NCBI GenBank assembly: GCA_051382335.1
Contig: JBBCAX010000168.1
Span: 1 to 64,000 of the forward strand
Direction: 5' to 3'
Length of the DNA stretch: 64,000 bases
DNA from: Deltaproteobacteria bacterium TL4
GTDB taxonomy: Bacteria > SAR324 > NAC60-12
Positions 28,425 to 38,542 of the stretch are shown in pieces. Made by a program: the position numbers and the translations under genes. The notes beneath the pieces were generated by a model. The model was given only the letters and a program-made list of their open reading frames with translations, did not search any database and had not been told where the DNA came from. How positions within the stretch are numbered: position 1 is the first letter of the stretch; the number at the start of each line of letters is the position of its first letter.

Positions 28425-29294
28425 TTACTCGGTTTTTTTCAATTCCGTCAGCATCTGACCCAAACTGAGGTACCATGCAGGAGGTATTTTTTGAGTTAAA
28501 CGGGTATACTGTCCACAATCCAATACCGAAAACGCGGGACGTTTCGCGGGGGTGGGATAGTCTGTGGTGGGTATGGGATGAACAGGAATTATTTTTTCAA
28601 TCAGTTGAAGCTGGTATGCCTGTTCGATAATGGTTTTCGCAAACTCATACCAACTGCATTGCTCACGATTTGAATAATGGACGAGGCCTGTTGCCTGTCG
28701 TGTTATCAAATCCACTAAAGCGTTTGCCAAGTCCACCGTCCACGTGGGAGATCCGATTTGATCGTGGACTACCTTCAGACTCTGGCGTTCCCGGGATAGA
28801 CGCAGCATGGTTTTGACAAAGTTATGACCCGCAACCCCATACAACCAGGCGGTCCGAACAATCAAGTAATTCGCCCCGCTTTGTTGAATGGCAACTTCTC
28901 CTTGGTGTTTTGATTTTCCGTAAACGCTCAAGGGGTTGGGCCGGACACTTTCGGTATAAGGTTTGTTTGAGGTGCCATCAAAGACGAAATCAGTTGAAAT
29001 ATGGAGCAGTTTTGACTGATGCTTTAAACAGGCCTTCGCTAACAACAAAGGGGCATCCCGATTAATCAGCATCGCTTTAGCACTATCCGACTCGGCTTGA
29101 TCGACCTGCGTATAGGCGGCACAATTAATGAGTACCTCGGGGTGAATGTGTGAAAGTGCGGCGTCCACTTTTTCAGGGTGAGTAATATCCAGTTCGTGTT
29201 CTTCAAAGGCCTGGCAGTTTATAGACTTTTGGGATAATACCCGACGCAAATCCTGGGCTAGCATTCCACCAGCCCCCACTAGCATCAGGTTCAT
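28425..29294 (-). CDS. rmlD: dTDP-4-dehydrorhamnose reductase
   Basis: GAGGMLA, NCAAYT.VD.AE, ISTDFVFDG, YGKSK, DQIGSPT, AKRP. Start overlaps the selA stop (ATGA). Confidence 0.93.
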   Translation of the reverse strand: MNLMLVGAGGMLAQDLRRVLSQKSINCQAFEEHELDITHPEKVDAALSHIHPEVLINCAAYTQVDQAESDSAKAMLINRDAPLLLAKACLKHQSKLLHISTDFVFDGTSNKPYTESVRPNPLSVYGKSKHQGEVAIQQSGANYLIVRTAWLYGVAGHNFVKTMLRLSRERQSLKVVHDQIGSPTWTVDLANALVDLITRQATGLVHYSNREQCSWYEFAKTIIEQAYQLQLIEKIIPVHPIPTTDYPTPAKRPAFSVLDCGQYTRLTQKIPPAWYLSLGQMLTELKKTE

Positions 29295-30703
29295 GTTTTC
29301 AGAAGTTGATTGAGGGTTGTTATGACGCATGAGAATTCACGTTCAAAAAGGGTTCTAAAATCCAACCAAACGAGATCATTCTGGACTCTCACAATAATCG
29401 GAATTGCTTGTTGACGGAGCCATTCCTGTATGGACTGAGCTGTTTTTTTCTGGTGTGACAGGGTTATCGCATAGGAATGCAAATACAGTTCCGGCAATGC
29501 GCCTCCTCCTGTAAAAGAGGTGGTGGCTTCAAGTTTAGATTGCCATGAGCCTGAGGGTTGAGGTTCCAGTTGTTCAAAGACGGTTTGAGCTTTGAGTTTG
29601 ATGTCTGCTTGAGATTGTTCCAGTAACTGAATCACTGGGATTTTTTGAAACAGGGAAGGCATTTCAAGGTAAGCTTTGAGTGAGGCTTCCAGTAATGCCA
29701 GCGTGATTTTGTCCAGTCGCACGATTCGGTAAAGAGGATGTTTCCTCAGCGTTTGAATTAAAGTTTGAGAACCTAGAATAATACCAGCTTGAACACTTCC
29801 CAAGAGTTTATCCCCGCTAAAACTGATTAAATCCGCATTAGTTGCGACTTCCTGCTGAATGGTATTGAGGTGCTGCAAGGCCGGGTTCTGAAAGTGGTAG
29901 AAACTGCCACTTCCCAGATCGTGCAAAAGGAGGAGGTTTTGGGTTGTGGCCAGTTTGGCTAATTGAGGGATGGAGGCTTCTTCTACAAAGCCTTTGATCA
30001 CAAAATTCGAAGGATGGACTTTCATGATGGCAACGGTATTTTCCGTGATGGCCTTCTCATAATCCTGAACACGGGTACGGTTTGTTGTGCCCACTTCTAC
30101 CAAACGAACTCCCGCCTCACGCATGATGTCAGGAATACGGAAAGAACCTCCTATTTCCACCAACTCCCCCCGAGAGACCAGGACGTCTTTCCCCTTCGCC
30201 AGTGCGGAGAGCATCAGGAAAACCGCAGCAGCGTTGTTATTAACGACTACCGCCGCCTCTGCGCCGGAAAGTGTGGTTAATAACTCAAGGACTCCTTGTC
30301 CGCGTTCCCCTCGCGCGCCTTCGCTGAGATCAAATTCAACGGTGGAGTAGGAAGACAGCAAAGGCAAAAGAGACTCAAGGATCTCAGGAGCAAGGGGAGC
30401 ACGCCCTAAATTGGTGTGTATGACAACGCCTGTGGCATTGATGACTTGACGCATATAAGAACCGGATTTAAAACGGAGGCAATCGGCCACATACTTCAGG
30501 ACCAGCGACTTATCTCGCAAAGAGCCGTCCGGAGCGAACGGTTCCTCTTGCTTTTCCTCCAGGGCTATTTGAAACCTTAGACGCTCCAAAACTTCCTTCA
30601 CGCGGGACCGAACGGCTTTGCCTGAAGGAAGTCCTTGCTGTTTGAGATATGCATCAACCTCTGTAATAGAGGGTAGCATAACGTATAATCCCTGTTTCTG
30701 CAT
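29291..30703 (-). CDS. selA: L-seryl-tRNA(Sec) selenium transferase
   Basis: VINATGVVIHTNLGRAPL, VNNNAAAV, SRGELVEIGGSFRIP, EVGTTNRT, FSGDKLLG (PLP lysine). Confidence 0.95.
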   Translation of the reverse strand: MQKQGLYVMLPSITEVDAYLKQQGLPSGKAVRSRVKEVLERLRFQIALEEKQEEPFAPDGSLRDKSLVLKYVADCLRFKSGSYMRQVINATGVVIHTNLGRAPLAPEILESLLPLLSSYSTVEFDLSEGARGERGQGVLELLTTLSGAEAAVVVNNNAAAVFLMLSALAKGKDVLVSRGELVEIGGSFRIPDIMREAGVRLVEVGTTNRTRVQDYEKAITENTVAIMKVHPSNFVIKGFVEEASIPQLAKLATTQNLLLLHDLGSGSFYHFQNPALQHLNTIQQEVATNADLISFSGDKLLGSVQAGIILGSQTLIQTLRKHPLYRIVRLDKITLALLEASLKAYLEMPSLFQKIPVIQLLEQSQADIKLKAQTVFEQLEPQPSGSWQSKLEATTSFTGGGALPELYLHSYAITLSHQKKTAQSIQEWLRQQAIPIIVRVQNDLVWLDFRTLFEREFSCVITTLNQLLKT

Positions 30704-30717
30704 GGTACACCGCCCTG

Positions 30718-33444
30718 TCAGATTTCAGCTTTGACTTCATCTGTGGTGGCCTGTGTTCCTGCAGCCGGTTTAGGTGAAGTGGTTTTGGGTGGAGGAGGTG
30801 TCCTTTTCTTTGTGGTTTTTGTTTCAGACGAGGCCTCTTTTGAAGTCGCCGAGGTCGCCTTTTTAGTTCTGGTCGAAGTTTTATGCTTGGGGCCTTCCTG
30901 AATCACTTCTTTCTCTTGTAAACTTTCTCCCTTTTTAGGAGGTTGTTTTTTTCGAGAGTTTGTGGTTTTGGCAGCCGTCTGTGGTTTTTTTTCTGCTGTT
31001 TTATCAGCGTCTGCCGCTTCTCCTGTGTTCTCGGAGGCCTGTTCTTTCGCAGCAGTAACCATAGCCTTTTGCTCAGGCATGTTTTCTGAGGCCGTAGACT
31101 CCTTGGCGCCTTTCTTTTTAGGGTAAGGCGTTCTCCTGGGTTTATGCTTCATTCCTTCCACCGGTATGTTCTCTTTTTGAGAAAGTTCTGGTGTTTCATC
31201 GTTTTCTTGAGCTTTTTCCGATGTTTCAACCACATCCGCCGCTTTTGCACCGTCCCCATTTTCAACCACAACGGTGTTCCCTGTGTTAGACGTATCTAAG
31301 GGGGCACCGATGGCTTGATTCTGCTCCTGACGTGTTTCGGGGGCCGCTGTTTGTGCCGTACTGATCCCGGGTTGGTCCAGTGGTTGCTCTTTGGAAGCTT
31401 CATCTTTTCTGAGCTGTTCCCTGAATTCGTCACCACGATGCGCACTTCTAAACATGATCGGTTCTTTTTTGACGGGGGAACCGATTTTTTCCAGGAGCAA
31501 CGCGGCACGGCGTTCTTTTTCCGTAAGTTCCCGCTTTGTTTCTTCCTGGTGAACACTACTGAAAAGCAGTACCGAAGAAGGAAACAAAGGGGCCGTGGGC
31601 ACTGTTGAGGTTTTGGGAGCCTGTGCCTGTGGTGTCGGTGTTTGTGGTGTTGAAGCAGACTTGGCCTGAGGCTTATGTTCCTTTCGAACAGGAAGGTGTC
31701 GTTCCTTTTTGGATTCAACAGGCTTTTCTTCCGCAGATGGCGACTCCATCAGCATTTCTGGTGCGGTTTCTGTCACAGCTTCTACGAGTTCAAGTTCTTC
31801 CTCTTCTTCAACAGGGAGGGGTTCTTCTTCATCCAGGTCTGTGATAGAGAGCACCTCCTTTTGTTCAATATCGTGCCGTGGCTTATGAGGATGATGGCTT
31901 TTCTTTTCTTGAGGTTTTTCTTTAGGAGCAGTGCGTTCCTGAGGGATTTCCTCGACCTCAGGTTCTTCTCGAGGCATTCGCACAATCTCCAGTTTGAGAG
32001 GTTCTCCAATTTTAAGTCCCGTATCCGGAATGAGAAAGATCCGGACATCAAACTCAAATTCCAAATCGCTGATTTGTTTACGCTTGTTATTCAGTAAATA
32101 ACTGGCGATTTCTAATGCGACTTTCACACGAACTTCTTGAACATATCCGTCAACAACGACTTCACGAAGTTGTCTCAAAATGCCATTAGCCATCGAAAGG
32201 GAGGAAGGGATACTTCCTGTTCCGCTACAGGTGGGGCAAACGGCTTTCCAACTGGAAGAGAGACTGCTAGAGATCCTTTGCCGACTCATTTCCAACAGTC
32301 CAAATTGAGAAATCGGAGCCACAGACGACTTCGCCTTGTCTCGACGCAAACTATCCTCAAGCATTTTTACAACAGCGTCACGATTACCTTCCTGTTCCAT
32401 ATCGATAAAATCGATGACAATCAGTCCTCCCAAATTCCGTAGACGGAGCTGCCTCGCAATTTCTTCTGCCGCTTCCAAATTAGTTCGTTTCGCCGTTTCT
32501 TCAATGGAACGTTCCTGATTTGATTTCCCGGAATTGACATCAATGGCAACCAGAGCCTCAGTAGGATCAATGACAATGCTTCCACCTGAAGATAAAAGGA
32601 CACAGTTACTACTCAACTTCTCAATCTGATCTTCAATTTCTTGAGCCGCAAATAAAGAGCGCTCTCCCATATACAAACTCAGACGTTTTTGTTTATTGGG
32701 AATATTGGCTTTGAAAAATTCGAGAGAGCGTTGAAAGGCTTCAGGGTCATCAATACAGATTTCTTCAATATCATCCGTATAGTAGTCACGCAACATGCGA
32801 ACAACGGGATCTTCCTCCCTGTAGATCAACCCAATATTTTTTCCGGAAGTGAAGGTCAGTTGGATGGCGTTCCACTTTTTTCTCAACATGATAAAATCAC
32901 GTTTGAGTTCACTCAAGCTTCGATCAACTCCCGCGGTACGAATGATTGCTGAAGCGTCTTCTCCTCCTAAGCCCTCCAATAAATGCTTAAGGCGTGTTCG
33001 CTGTTCCACATCTTCAATTTTTTTAGAAACACCCCCTTTATTGCAGTTGGGCATAAACACCAAAAACCGTCCTGGCAGGGAAATATTGGTTGTCAGGGTT
33101 GCGCCTTTATGCGCAATTTCGTCCTTAACCACTTGCACTAAAATTATTTGTCCGGGTTTCAACAGGCGTTCAATGGGGGGTCTTGATCTTGTGGAACGGG
33201 CAGATTTGTATAACTGCAGATTTACGTCGGAAACGGGTAAAAATCCGTGTCTATTGGCTCCATAGTTGATGAAAGCCGCTTGAAATGCTGTGTGGATTTT
33301 GACAACAACCCCACGGTAAATATTGCCTACCGTTTGAGCACTATCGGTGTGTTCTATATGTAAGTTTTCTAAAACGCCGTCTTCCACTGTGGCAATACGG
33401 GTTTCATCGTTTTCTACATTAATGAGTATTTTACTATTGGTCAT
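30718..33444 (-). CDS. rne: Ribonuclease E (Rne/Rng family) with long disordered C-terminal scaffold
   Basis: GNIY.G, S1 domain, TEALVAIDVNSG, LRNLGGLIVIDFIDM, LEMSRQR, CPTC zinc link, about 400-aa low-complexity tail. Confidence 0.92.
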   Translation of the reverse strand: MTNSKILINVENDETRIATVEDGVLENLHIEHTDSAQTVGNIYRGVVVKIHTAFQAAFINYGANRHGFLPVSDVNLQLYKSARSTRSRPPIERLLKPGQIILVQVVKDEIAHKGATLTTNISLPGRFLVFMPNCNKGGVSKKIEDVEQRTRLKHLLEGLGGEDASAIIRTAGVDRSLSELKRDFIMLRKKWNAIQLTFTSGKNIGLIYREEDPVVRMLRDYYTDDIEEICIDDPEAFQRSLEFFKANIPNKQKRLSLYMGERSLFAAQEIEDQIEKLSSNCVLLSSGGSIVIDPTEALVAIDVNSGKSNQERSIEETAKRTNLEAAEEIARQLRLRNLGGLIVIDFIDMEQEGNRDAVVKMLEDSLRRDKAKSSVAPISQFGLLEMSRQRISSSLSSSWKAVCPTCSGTGSIPSSLSMANGILRQLREVVVDGYVQEVRVKVALEIASYLLNNKRKQISDLEFEFDVRIFLIPDTGLKIGEPLKLEIVRMPREEPEVEEIPQERTAPKEKPQEKKSHHPHKPRHDIEQKEVLSITDLDEEEPLPVEEEEELELVEAVTETAPEMLMESPSAEEKPVESKKERHLPVRKEHKPQAKSASTPQTPTPQAQAPKTSTVPTAPLFPSSVLLFSSVHQEETKRELTEKERRAALLLEKIGSPVKKEPIMFRSAHRGDEFREQLRKDEASKEQPLDQPGISTAQTAAPETRQEQNQAIGAPLDTSNTGNTVVVENGDGAKAADVVETSEKAQENDETPELSQKENIPVEGMKHKPRRTPYPKKKGAKESTASENMPEQKAMVTAAKEQASENTGEAADADKTAEKKPQTAAKTTNSRKKQPPKKGESLQEKEVIQEGPKHKTSTRTKKATSATSKEASSETKTTKKRTPPPPKTTSPKPAAGTQATTDEVKAEI

Positions 33445-33576
33445 CCTTCTCCTTAAGGAGTTGTGAGGGAGGAAGGATGCTCTACCTTAATTTCGTTTCC
33501 AGTTTTAAAGCGCTACTAACCATATTTCACTTTTCTTTTTCGATTTCCTCAACATCCATCTGTCCCCTCCCCACAA
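33442..33576 (-). promoter_or_regulatory. Structured rne leader with alternative anti-SD and anti-anti-SD pairings
   Basis: Segment 33461-33479 can pair either with the SD/AUG region (33442-33452) or with 33553-33576. Confidence 0.5.
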
Positions 33577-33901
33577 TACTACCAAATCTGACACACACTC
33601 TTTAGCGCATATCCCTGTATCAGCGAGCGATCAAGCCTGAGGAAAAAATCATCACATTTTGGAAAGTCGTTCTTGCCCCTCTTGTTCAAGCATGTTTTAA
33701 GCTGATTCCTGAATACAAAACGGAACACATACTTTTATGGCAACGATAGCAACAGTTTTTCTCTATTGAGCAGAGAAAGGTTTCGAGTGAAATTTTACGG
33801 CTTCGGATTGAAAGCCAAAGCCTGGGTTTTTTAAAAATCCCTAAATAAGCGTAAACCGGAAAATGACTGATCCATTCAGATAGAACATCCTCGTTCTTCT
33901 G

Positions 33902-34129
33902 CTAGTCTTCTAGCTTAAATTCTACTTGCTCATGCTCTCCATTTTCATTTTTGAGTATGAGATCAATGCGCTTTTCCGCTTTGTCTAAAAATTGATGGCA
34001 TTGTCGACTCCACTGAACCCCCTGCTCAAAAAATCTAAGTGAGTCTTCCAAGGATAGTGAGCCTTCTTCCAATTTTGTTACAGCATTTTCCAAATTTTGG
34101 AGAGCCGATTCAAAAGTGCTTTTTGTCAT
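33902..34129 (-). CDS. xseB: Exodeoxyribonuclease VII small subunit
   Basis: FESAL..LE..V..LEEG.LSLEDSL..FEQG.....C...L..AE. Confidence 0.93.
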   Translation of the reverse strand: MTKSTFESALQNLENAVTKLEEGSLSLEDSLRFFEQGVQWSRQCHQFLDKAEKRIDLILKNENGEHEQVEFKLED

Positions 34130-34391
34130 CTTTCTTGAAATGATGAAAAGATTAACATTATTTTTTAGAGCGGCCCCAGTAGTAACACTACTTTACATTG
34201 AAATCAAACTATTTTTACGGCATTCTTCGAATCATTGTTCTTTCTTTGATTTGTGTGACTCCCGAAGGTCAGGAGAGAATAATTTTCCATAAAATCCATT
34301 AAGGTGGAGAGCGGAGAGGGGATATTTTTCAAATTTGTTGTAAAAGACAGGTGTTGGAGAAAGATAAGTACCTTCATGCATGAAAATCACT

Positions 34392-34407
34392 TGCGAAATT
34401 AATCGCA
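34392..34407. promoter_or_regulatory. CRP/FNR-family-like palindrome upstream of the diguanylate cyclase
   Basis: TGCGA-N6-TCGCA, the same geometry as TGTGA-N6-TCACA, about 90 bp upstream of the start. Confidence 0.4.
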
Positions 34408-34495
34408 CCGTGTTTTTGATTAAGTACAGACTCATAAAACGGAACCAATTACGAGTACACAACTTTGTAACAAGAAAGACAACAGGAGGAGTCGG

Positions 34496-37348
34496 GTGTC
34501 TATCAAAAAAATACTCCATCTGAGCATACTGATTGTTGGATTAATCATCGGTGTTTCAGAGGCAATGGGAGAAACGGAGCTAAAAGCCAGAGAAGGGGTT
34601 TTGGATCTACACCAGTGGGATTTTAAAAAGCAAGGCTCTCTCCTCTTGAAAGGACCTTGGGAATTTTATTGGAAGCAGCTTGTTTATCCTGCTGATTTTC
34701 ACGAAAAAGGGGCTTTATCACTCTCCAAGCAATACGTAAACTTGCCTGGAAGCTGGGTGAAGTCCAATAAAAGTGAAGCCCAAAGTTCTGCTGGAGGGTA
34801 TGCGACGTATCGTCTTACCTTGGAAGGCCTTCCTGCCAATGTTCAGTTTTCCTTGTCCCTGGGTAAAATTGCTACGGCTTATCGTCTTTGGATCAATGGT
34901 GCACTCATTACCGAGGTGGGTTTGGTAAGTGTCTCACCTCAAAGTGAAATTCCCCGGTTCTTACCTCAGATCGTCTCATTTCAAACCAGCGATACACGTG
35001 TTCACGAAATCGTTTGGCAGATTTCCAGTTTCCACTATTATCATGGCGGCCCCATCACTCCCCTGGTTTTGGGAACGGACCAACAGCTGATTCAAACGGA
35101 ATTATTGGAATGGGGGTTTATTTGGTTTGTTGTGGGAGCCCTGGTTCTGGCCTTGGGCTACCTCCTGACGCTATGCTATTATACACGGAAAGAGGTTTCT
35201 TACTTTGAACTGAACGTCTACCTGGGATTTGCCTGTTTCGTGACCTTGGCTTATATCATTGCCACAGAGCAGGTGATTCCGCTACTCTTTCCAACATTTA
35301 ATCCTTTTTTTGGAAATCTAAAGATTGAATTCGTCAGCTATAGTTTGTTGTTCCCTTTGATCCTGATGTCCTTAAGAGAATTATTTCCTCATGAATTTTC
35401 CACAGTCGTCTTGAGAGTTTTCCAGGGAGTCGGCGTTTTATTGAGTCTTTTTAACGCGATTGCCCCCACACGTTGGGTGACTCAATACGAGTGGATCAAC
35501 CACGGAGTTGCCCTCTTGGGAGCCCTGTGGGCCTGTTACAGCATTGTGAAGGCTTTCCGAAACCAACGGTTTGGGTCGTTAACTTTGTTGATTGGTGTCC
35601 TCTTTTTGATGGTAACCCCGATCAGTGCTTATCTCCACAGTGAGCTGATTCTGGAAACCGCGCGTTATGTTTCGTACAGTGTTTTGGGCTACCTTCTGTT
35701 ACAAGCCTATATTTTAGCAAAACAGTTTATTGCCGCAGTCAAAGACTCCGAAACCTATGAAAGCGAATTAAAGAAGCTTAATCAGGAGTTGGAACAGAAA
35801 ATTAAAATCCGCTCTCAGGATTTGCATGAGGCCTTAAATCTGGTTGAAGGGATTCTTCAGAACATTCCGATCGGGATCAATCTGATTTCAAAAGAAGGAA
35901 AAGTCATCAATCAGAATAAAGCCATTGAAACACTTTTTGGCCCCTATTTTCCGTTGCTGCACGTTGGAAATAATATCCGGGACAACAAACTCATGAAAAC
36001 AACCGGACTCTTGAGTCAATTTGAAAAAGCGTTGCAAGGGGAACAATCGTTTCATCCCAATATGGAAATTAAATTACAAACCAGGAATTTTATCCTCAAT
36101 GTTTACATGGCTCCGGTTATCAATAAAAAGAAGGAAATTGAATCTGTGCTGCTGATGTTACAGGAAAATTCGCAACAAGCGCAACATGAAGCTTCCTTGC
36201 AGCAAGCCTATCAGGAAATGTCTTCGGCAAATGAGGAAATTAGCAATATCAACAACTTAATGGAAAACATCAACTCCACCCGGGACTTGGATGAGGTGCT
36301 GAGACATGTTCAAGCGGCAATGCGGCATTTGATTGATTTTGAGAGCATTGGTTTGTTTTTTTATCATCAAGACACAAACAGCCTTAAAATGGATCAAATT
36401 TTCTCGAAAATCCATTCTACGGAACAAATCAATAAGATCAAAGAGTTGACGCTTTCCGTGAACACAGACTCAAAACTTTCAGAGGTTTTTCTTCAAAAGA
36501 AACAAATCTATATTTCTTATCTGGTTCTCAACGAACTCAGCAGTTTTGATCGGCAGTTGCAACAAAGGACGTCGTGTCATTCTATGCTGATGTGTCCGAT
36601 GGAAGTTCAAAATGAAATATTTGGAATCTTGCTGTTCTTCAGTACGAAACCGGGATTTCCACTAGCCGATAAAGTGTTGGAAATTATTCAAAGTTATGCG
36701 GTCCAGATATCCCTGGCCGTTAAAAATGCTCAAGGCTATAAGATACTACAGCGCCAATCGATGGTGGATCCCTTGACTCAATTGTTTAATCGGGTTGGAT
36801 TTATGGCCCGATTTAACAAATTTTGTGAAAGTGCCTATGAGCGTATTACGGTAGGGAAAATGGGGATCGCTCAGATTTCAATCATTATGATTGATGCGGA
36901 TCATTTCAAGAGGGTGAATGATACCTATGGTCACGATGCAGGAGATCGTGTCTTAAAGACACTCGCAAAAGTCCTGGAGGAATCTAAATTACGGGATATT
37001 GACGTGAATGGACGTTTTGGTGGAGAAGAGTTTATTGTGATTCTCCCCGCAACGGGGATCACCGGAGCGGTCAGGGTTGCCGAACGCATAAGGGAAAAAA
37101 TTGAGCAAAGAGCGTTTGTGATTGATGATCAAGGAACGGTCATTAACATTACCGCGTCTTTAGGGGTTGCGTCCGCAACAATTGAGCATCACACCTCAGC
37201 CTGGTTAAAACATGCCGAGAGTCTGTTTGCTCAACTTTATACCAAGAGTGATGAACATCTATATCACGCTAAAGAAAATGGAAGAAATCGAGTGAGTCAA
37301 AACACTGATTATATAGACTTATCAGGTACACCTCATGGTGGTGAATGA
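34496..37348 (+). CDS. 7TM-DISM/PAS/GAF sensor diguanylate cyclase
   Basis: GTG start after AGGAGG; DISM-like extracellular domain, 7 TM, PAS-like and GAF-like regions, DPLT..NR, D.DHFK.VNDTYGH.AGD, RDID I-site, GGEEF. Confidence 0.9.
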   Translation: MSIKKILHLSILIVGLIIGVSEAMGETELKAREGVLDLHQWDFKKQGSLLLKGPWEFYWKQLVYPADFHEKGALSLSKQYVNLPGSWVKSNKSEAQSSAGGYATYRLTLEGLPANVQFSLSLGKIATAYRLWINGALITEVGLVSVSPQSEIPRFLPQIVSFQTSDTRVHEIVWQISSFHYYHGGPITPLVLGTDQQLIQTELLEWGFIWFVVGALVLALGYLLTLCYYTRKEVSYFELNVYLGFACFVTLAYIIATEQVIPLLFPTFNPFFGNLKIEFVSYSLLFPLILMSLRELFPHEFSTVVLRVFQGVGVLLSLFNAIAPTRWVTQYEWINHGVALLGALWACYSIVKAFRNQRFGSLTLLIGVLFLMVTPISAYLHSELILETARYVSYSVLGYLLLQAYILAKQFIAAVKDSETYESELKKLNQELEQKIKIRSQDLHEALNLVEGILQNIPIGINLISKEGKVINQNKAIETLFGPYFPLLHVGNNIRDNKLMKTTGLLSQFEKALQGEQSFHPNMEIKLQTRNFILNVYMAPVINKKKEIESVLLMLQENSQQAQHEASLQQAYQEMSSANEEISNINNLMENINSTRDLDEVLRHVQAAMRHLIDFESIGLFFYHQDTNSLKMDQIFSKIHSTEQINKIKELTLSVNTDSKLSEVFLQKKQIYISYLVLNELSSFDRQLQQRTSCHSMLMCPMEVQNEIFGILLFFSTKPGFPLADKVLEIIQSYAVQISLAVKNAQGYKILQRQSMVDPLTQLFNRVGFMARFNKFCESAYERITVGKMGIAQISIIMIDADHFKRVNDTYGHDAGDRVLKTLAKVLEESKLRDIDVNGRFGGEEFIVILPATGITGAVRVAERIREKIEQRAFVIDDQGTVINITASLGVASATIEHHTSAWLKHAESLFAQLYTKSDEHLYHAKENGRNRVSQNTDYIDLSGTPHGGE

Positions 37349-37572
37349 ATAACGATTTGTCTTCCGCCGACGTATTGCGTAAAAAGGCGGAACGCCTTGA
37401 AACAATGGAGGGAATCTGTTGTAGGACTTTTTGTTTTTCAAAATAGTTCTTTTGATAGACAGGAGGCCTTTAATAAGCTATAACAAGATAGAGGAGTAAG
37501 CGCCAAGAGATCAATCAATGAACTCCCATCTTGTCAAGAAGAGCCCCATAACTGCATCCCGAAAGGAGCGTT

Positions 37573-38358
37573 ATGATTCAGTCCGAGCAAACTACGGTTT
37601 CAAATGTATCTTGTGTGAATCCTGAGGAAATGGTTCCTCAAGCTTCACCCTCTCTTTGGAGTCCGTTTGAATTGAAACAAGCCATTGTTGAGTTAAAAAC
37701 TGCGTTATCAGAGGGGCAGGATCTCTCGGCATTACCCGTAGGACACGGAGAGCCTATCGTTTTTATTCCCACTTTTCCGTGGGGGGAAGTTTCTGGAAAT
37801 GTCCTTAAGTCCTTCTTGAAACGTCTGGGATATTGCTCTCTGACGTTAGGAATTCATCAATTTATTTTTTCCCTGACTTTGTTCCGGGAAATCTTGGTCC
37901 AGCGATTGAACCAATTGGCCGCGATGGAAGGTCCCCTCGTTTTGATTGGGCATTCTGTAGGTGGGCTTTTTGCCAGAGATATTGCCGCGCAGCACCCAGA
38001 GTTGGTTCGTCATGTGATCACATTGGGTATGCCCATCATGAGTTTTTCTCAGCAGCCCTCCGAACAGACGTTGCAGAATATCCCTGTTTCTTGGCAACTG
38101 CCTATCTATGAAAACCGGACGCTCTTCCAGGAACTCAAACATCGGATGATTGCGCCGATTTCTGTCCCGAGTACGATTATCTGGAATACTCAGGATCAAA
38201 CCACTCAACCGAGTGCCAGTGTGATGCAGTCAGGAGAACAAATTATTGAAGTGGATAGCACTCATTTGGGATTGATTTTCAATTGGAATGTCTTTCATGT
38301 GATCGCGGAAGTACTCAGTAATGCGTACTTCGCTTATGATTCGGAAAAACTTTCCTAG
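37573..38358 (+). CDS. Alpha/beta hydrolase (esterase/lipase-like)
   Basis: GHSVG nucleophile elbow, VITLG.P, candidate Asp (QD) and His (HLGL). Confidence 0.8.
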   Translation: MIQSEQTTVSNVSCVNPEEMVPQASPSLWSPFELKQAIVELKTALSEGQDLSALPVGHGEPIVFIPTFPWGEVSGNVLKSFLKRLGYCSLTLGIHQFIFSLTLFREILVQRLNQLAAMEGPLVLIGHSVGGLFARDIAAQHPELVRHVITLGMPIMSFSQQPSEQTLQNIPVSWQLPIYENRTLFQELKHRMIAPISVPSTIIWNTQDQTTQPSASVMQSGEQIIEVDSTHLGLIFNWNVFHVIAEVLSNAYFAYDSEKLS

Positions 38359-38362
38359 TTAT

Positions 38363-38465
38363 TATAGATGTTCAGAAAAGTTTTTTCCTGGGAACGCGGG
38401 CATCTTGCCCGCAAAAGCAGGCGGAACGCATGCGCTCCCAGCAGGAACTTATCTTGATAACTATA
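38363..38465. repeat. REP-like element family C inside imperfect 20-bp outer inverted repeats
   Basis: Core 38387-38445 (CCTGGGAACGCGGGCATCTTGCCCGC...GCGCTCCCAG) is homologous in reverse orientation to 50958-51009. Outer arms match at 15/20. Confidence 0.75.
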
Positions 38466-38542
38466 CTCCTATCCTCATGTGCTGGTAATTTTCATCGCAG
38501 GGGATAAACAAAATTAACAATTATTTGATTCAAGGAGATTTT

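Noticed and set aside
29291..30703. Selenoprotein genes or tRNA-Sec near selA
   Set aside because: I found no ORF broken at a TGA in a Cys-equivalent position and no tRNA cloverleaf; this by-eye check is not exhaustive.
31296..33265. Overlapping alternative-frame and antisense ORFs within rne (and similar shadows across the window)
   Set aside because: They lie within well-supported genes, lack motifs, and are expected by chance.
34232..34519. 95-aa minus-strand ORF upstream of the diguanylate cyclase
   Set aside because: It spans the presumed divergent promoter region and overlaps the cyclase start; no recognisable motif.
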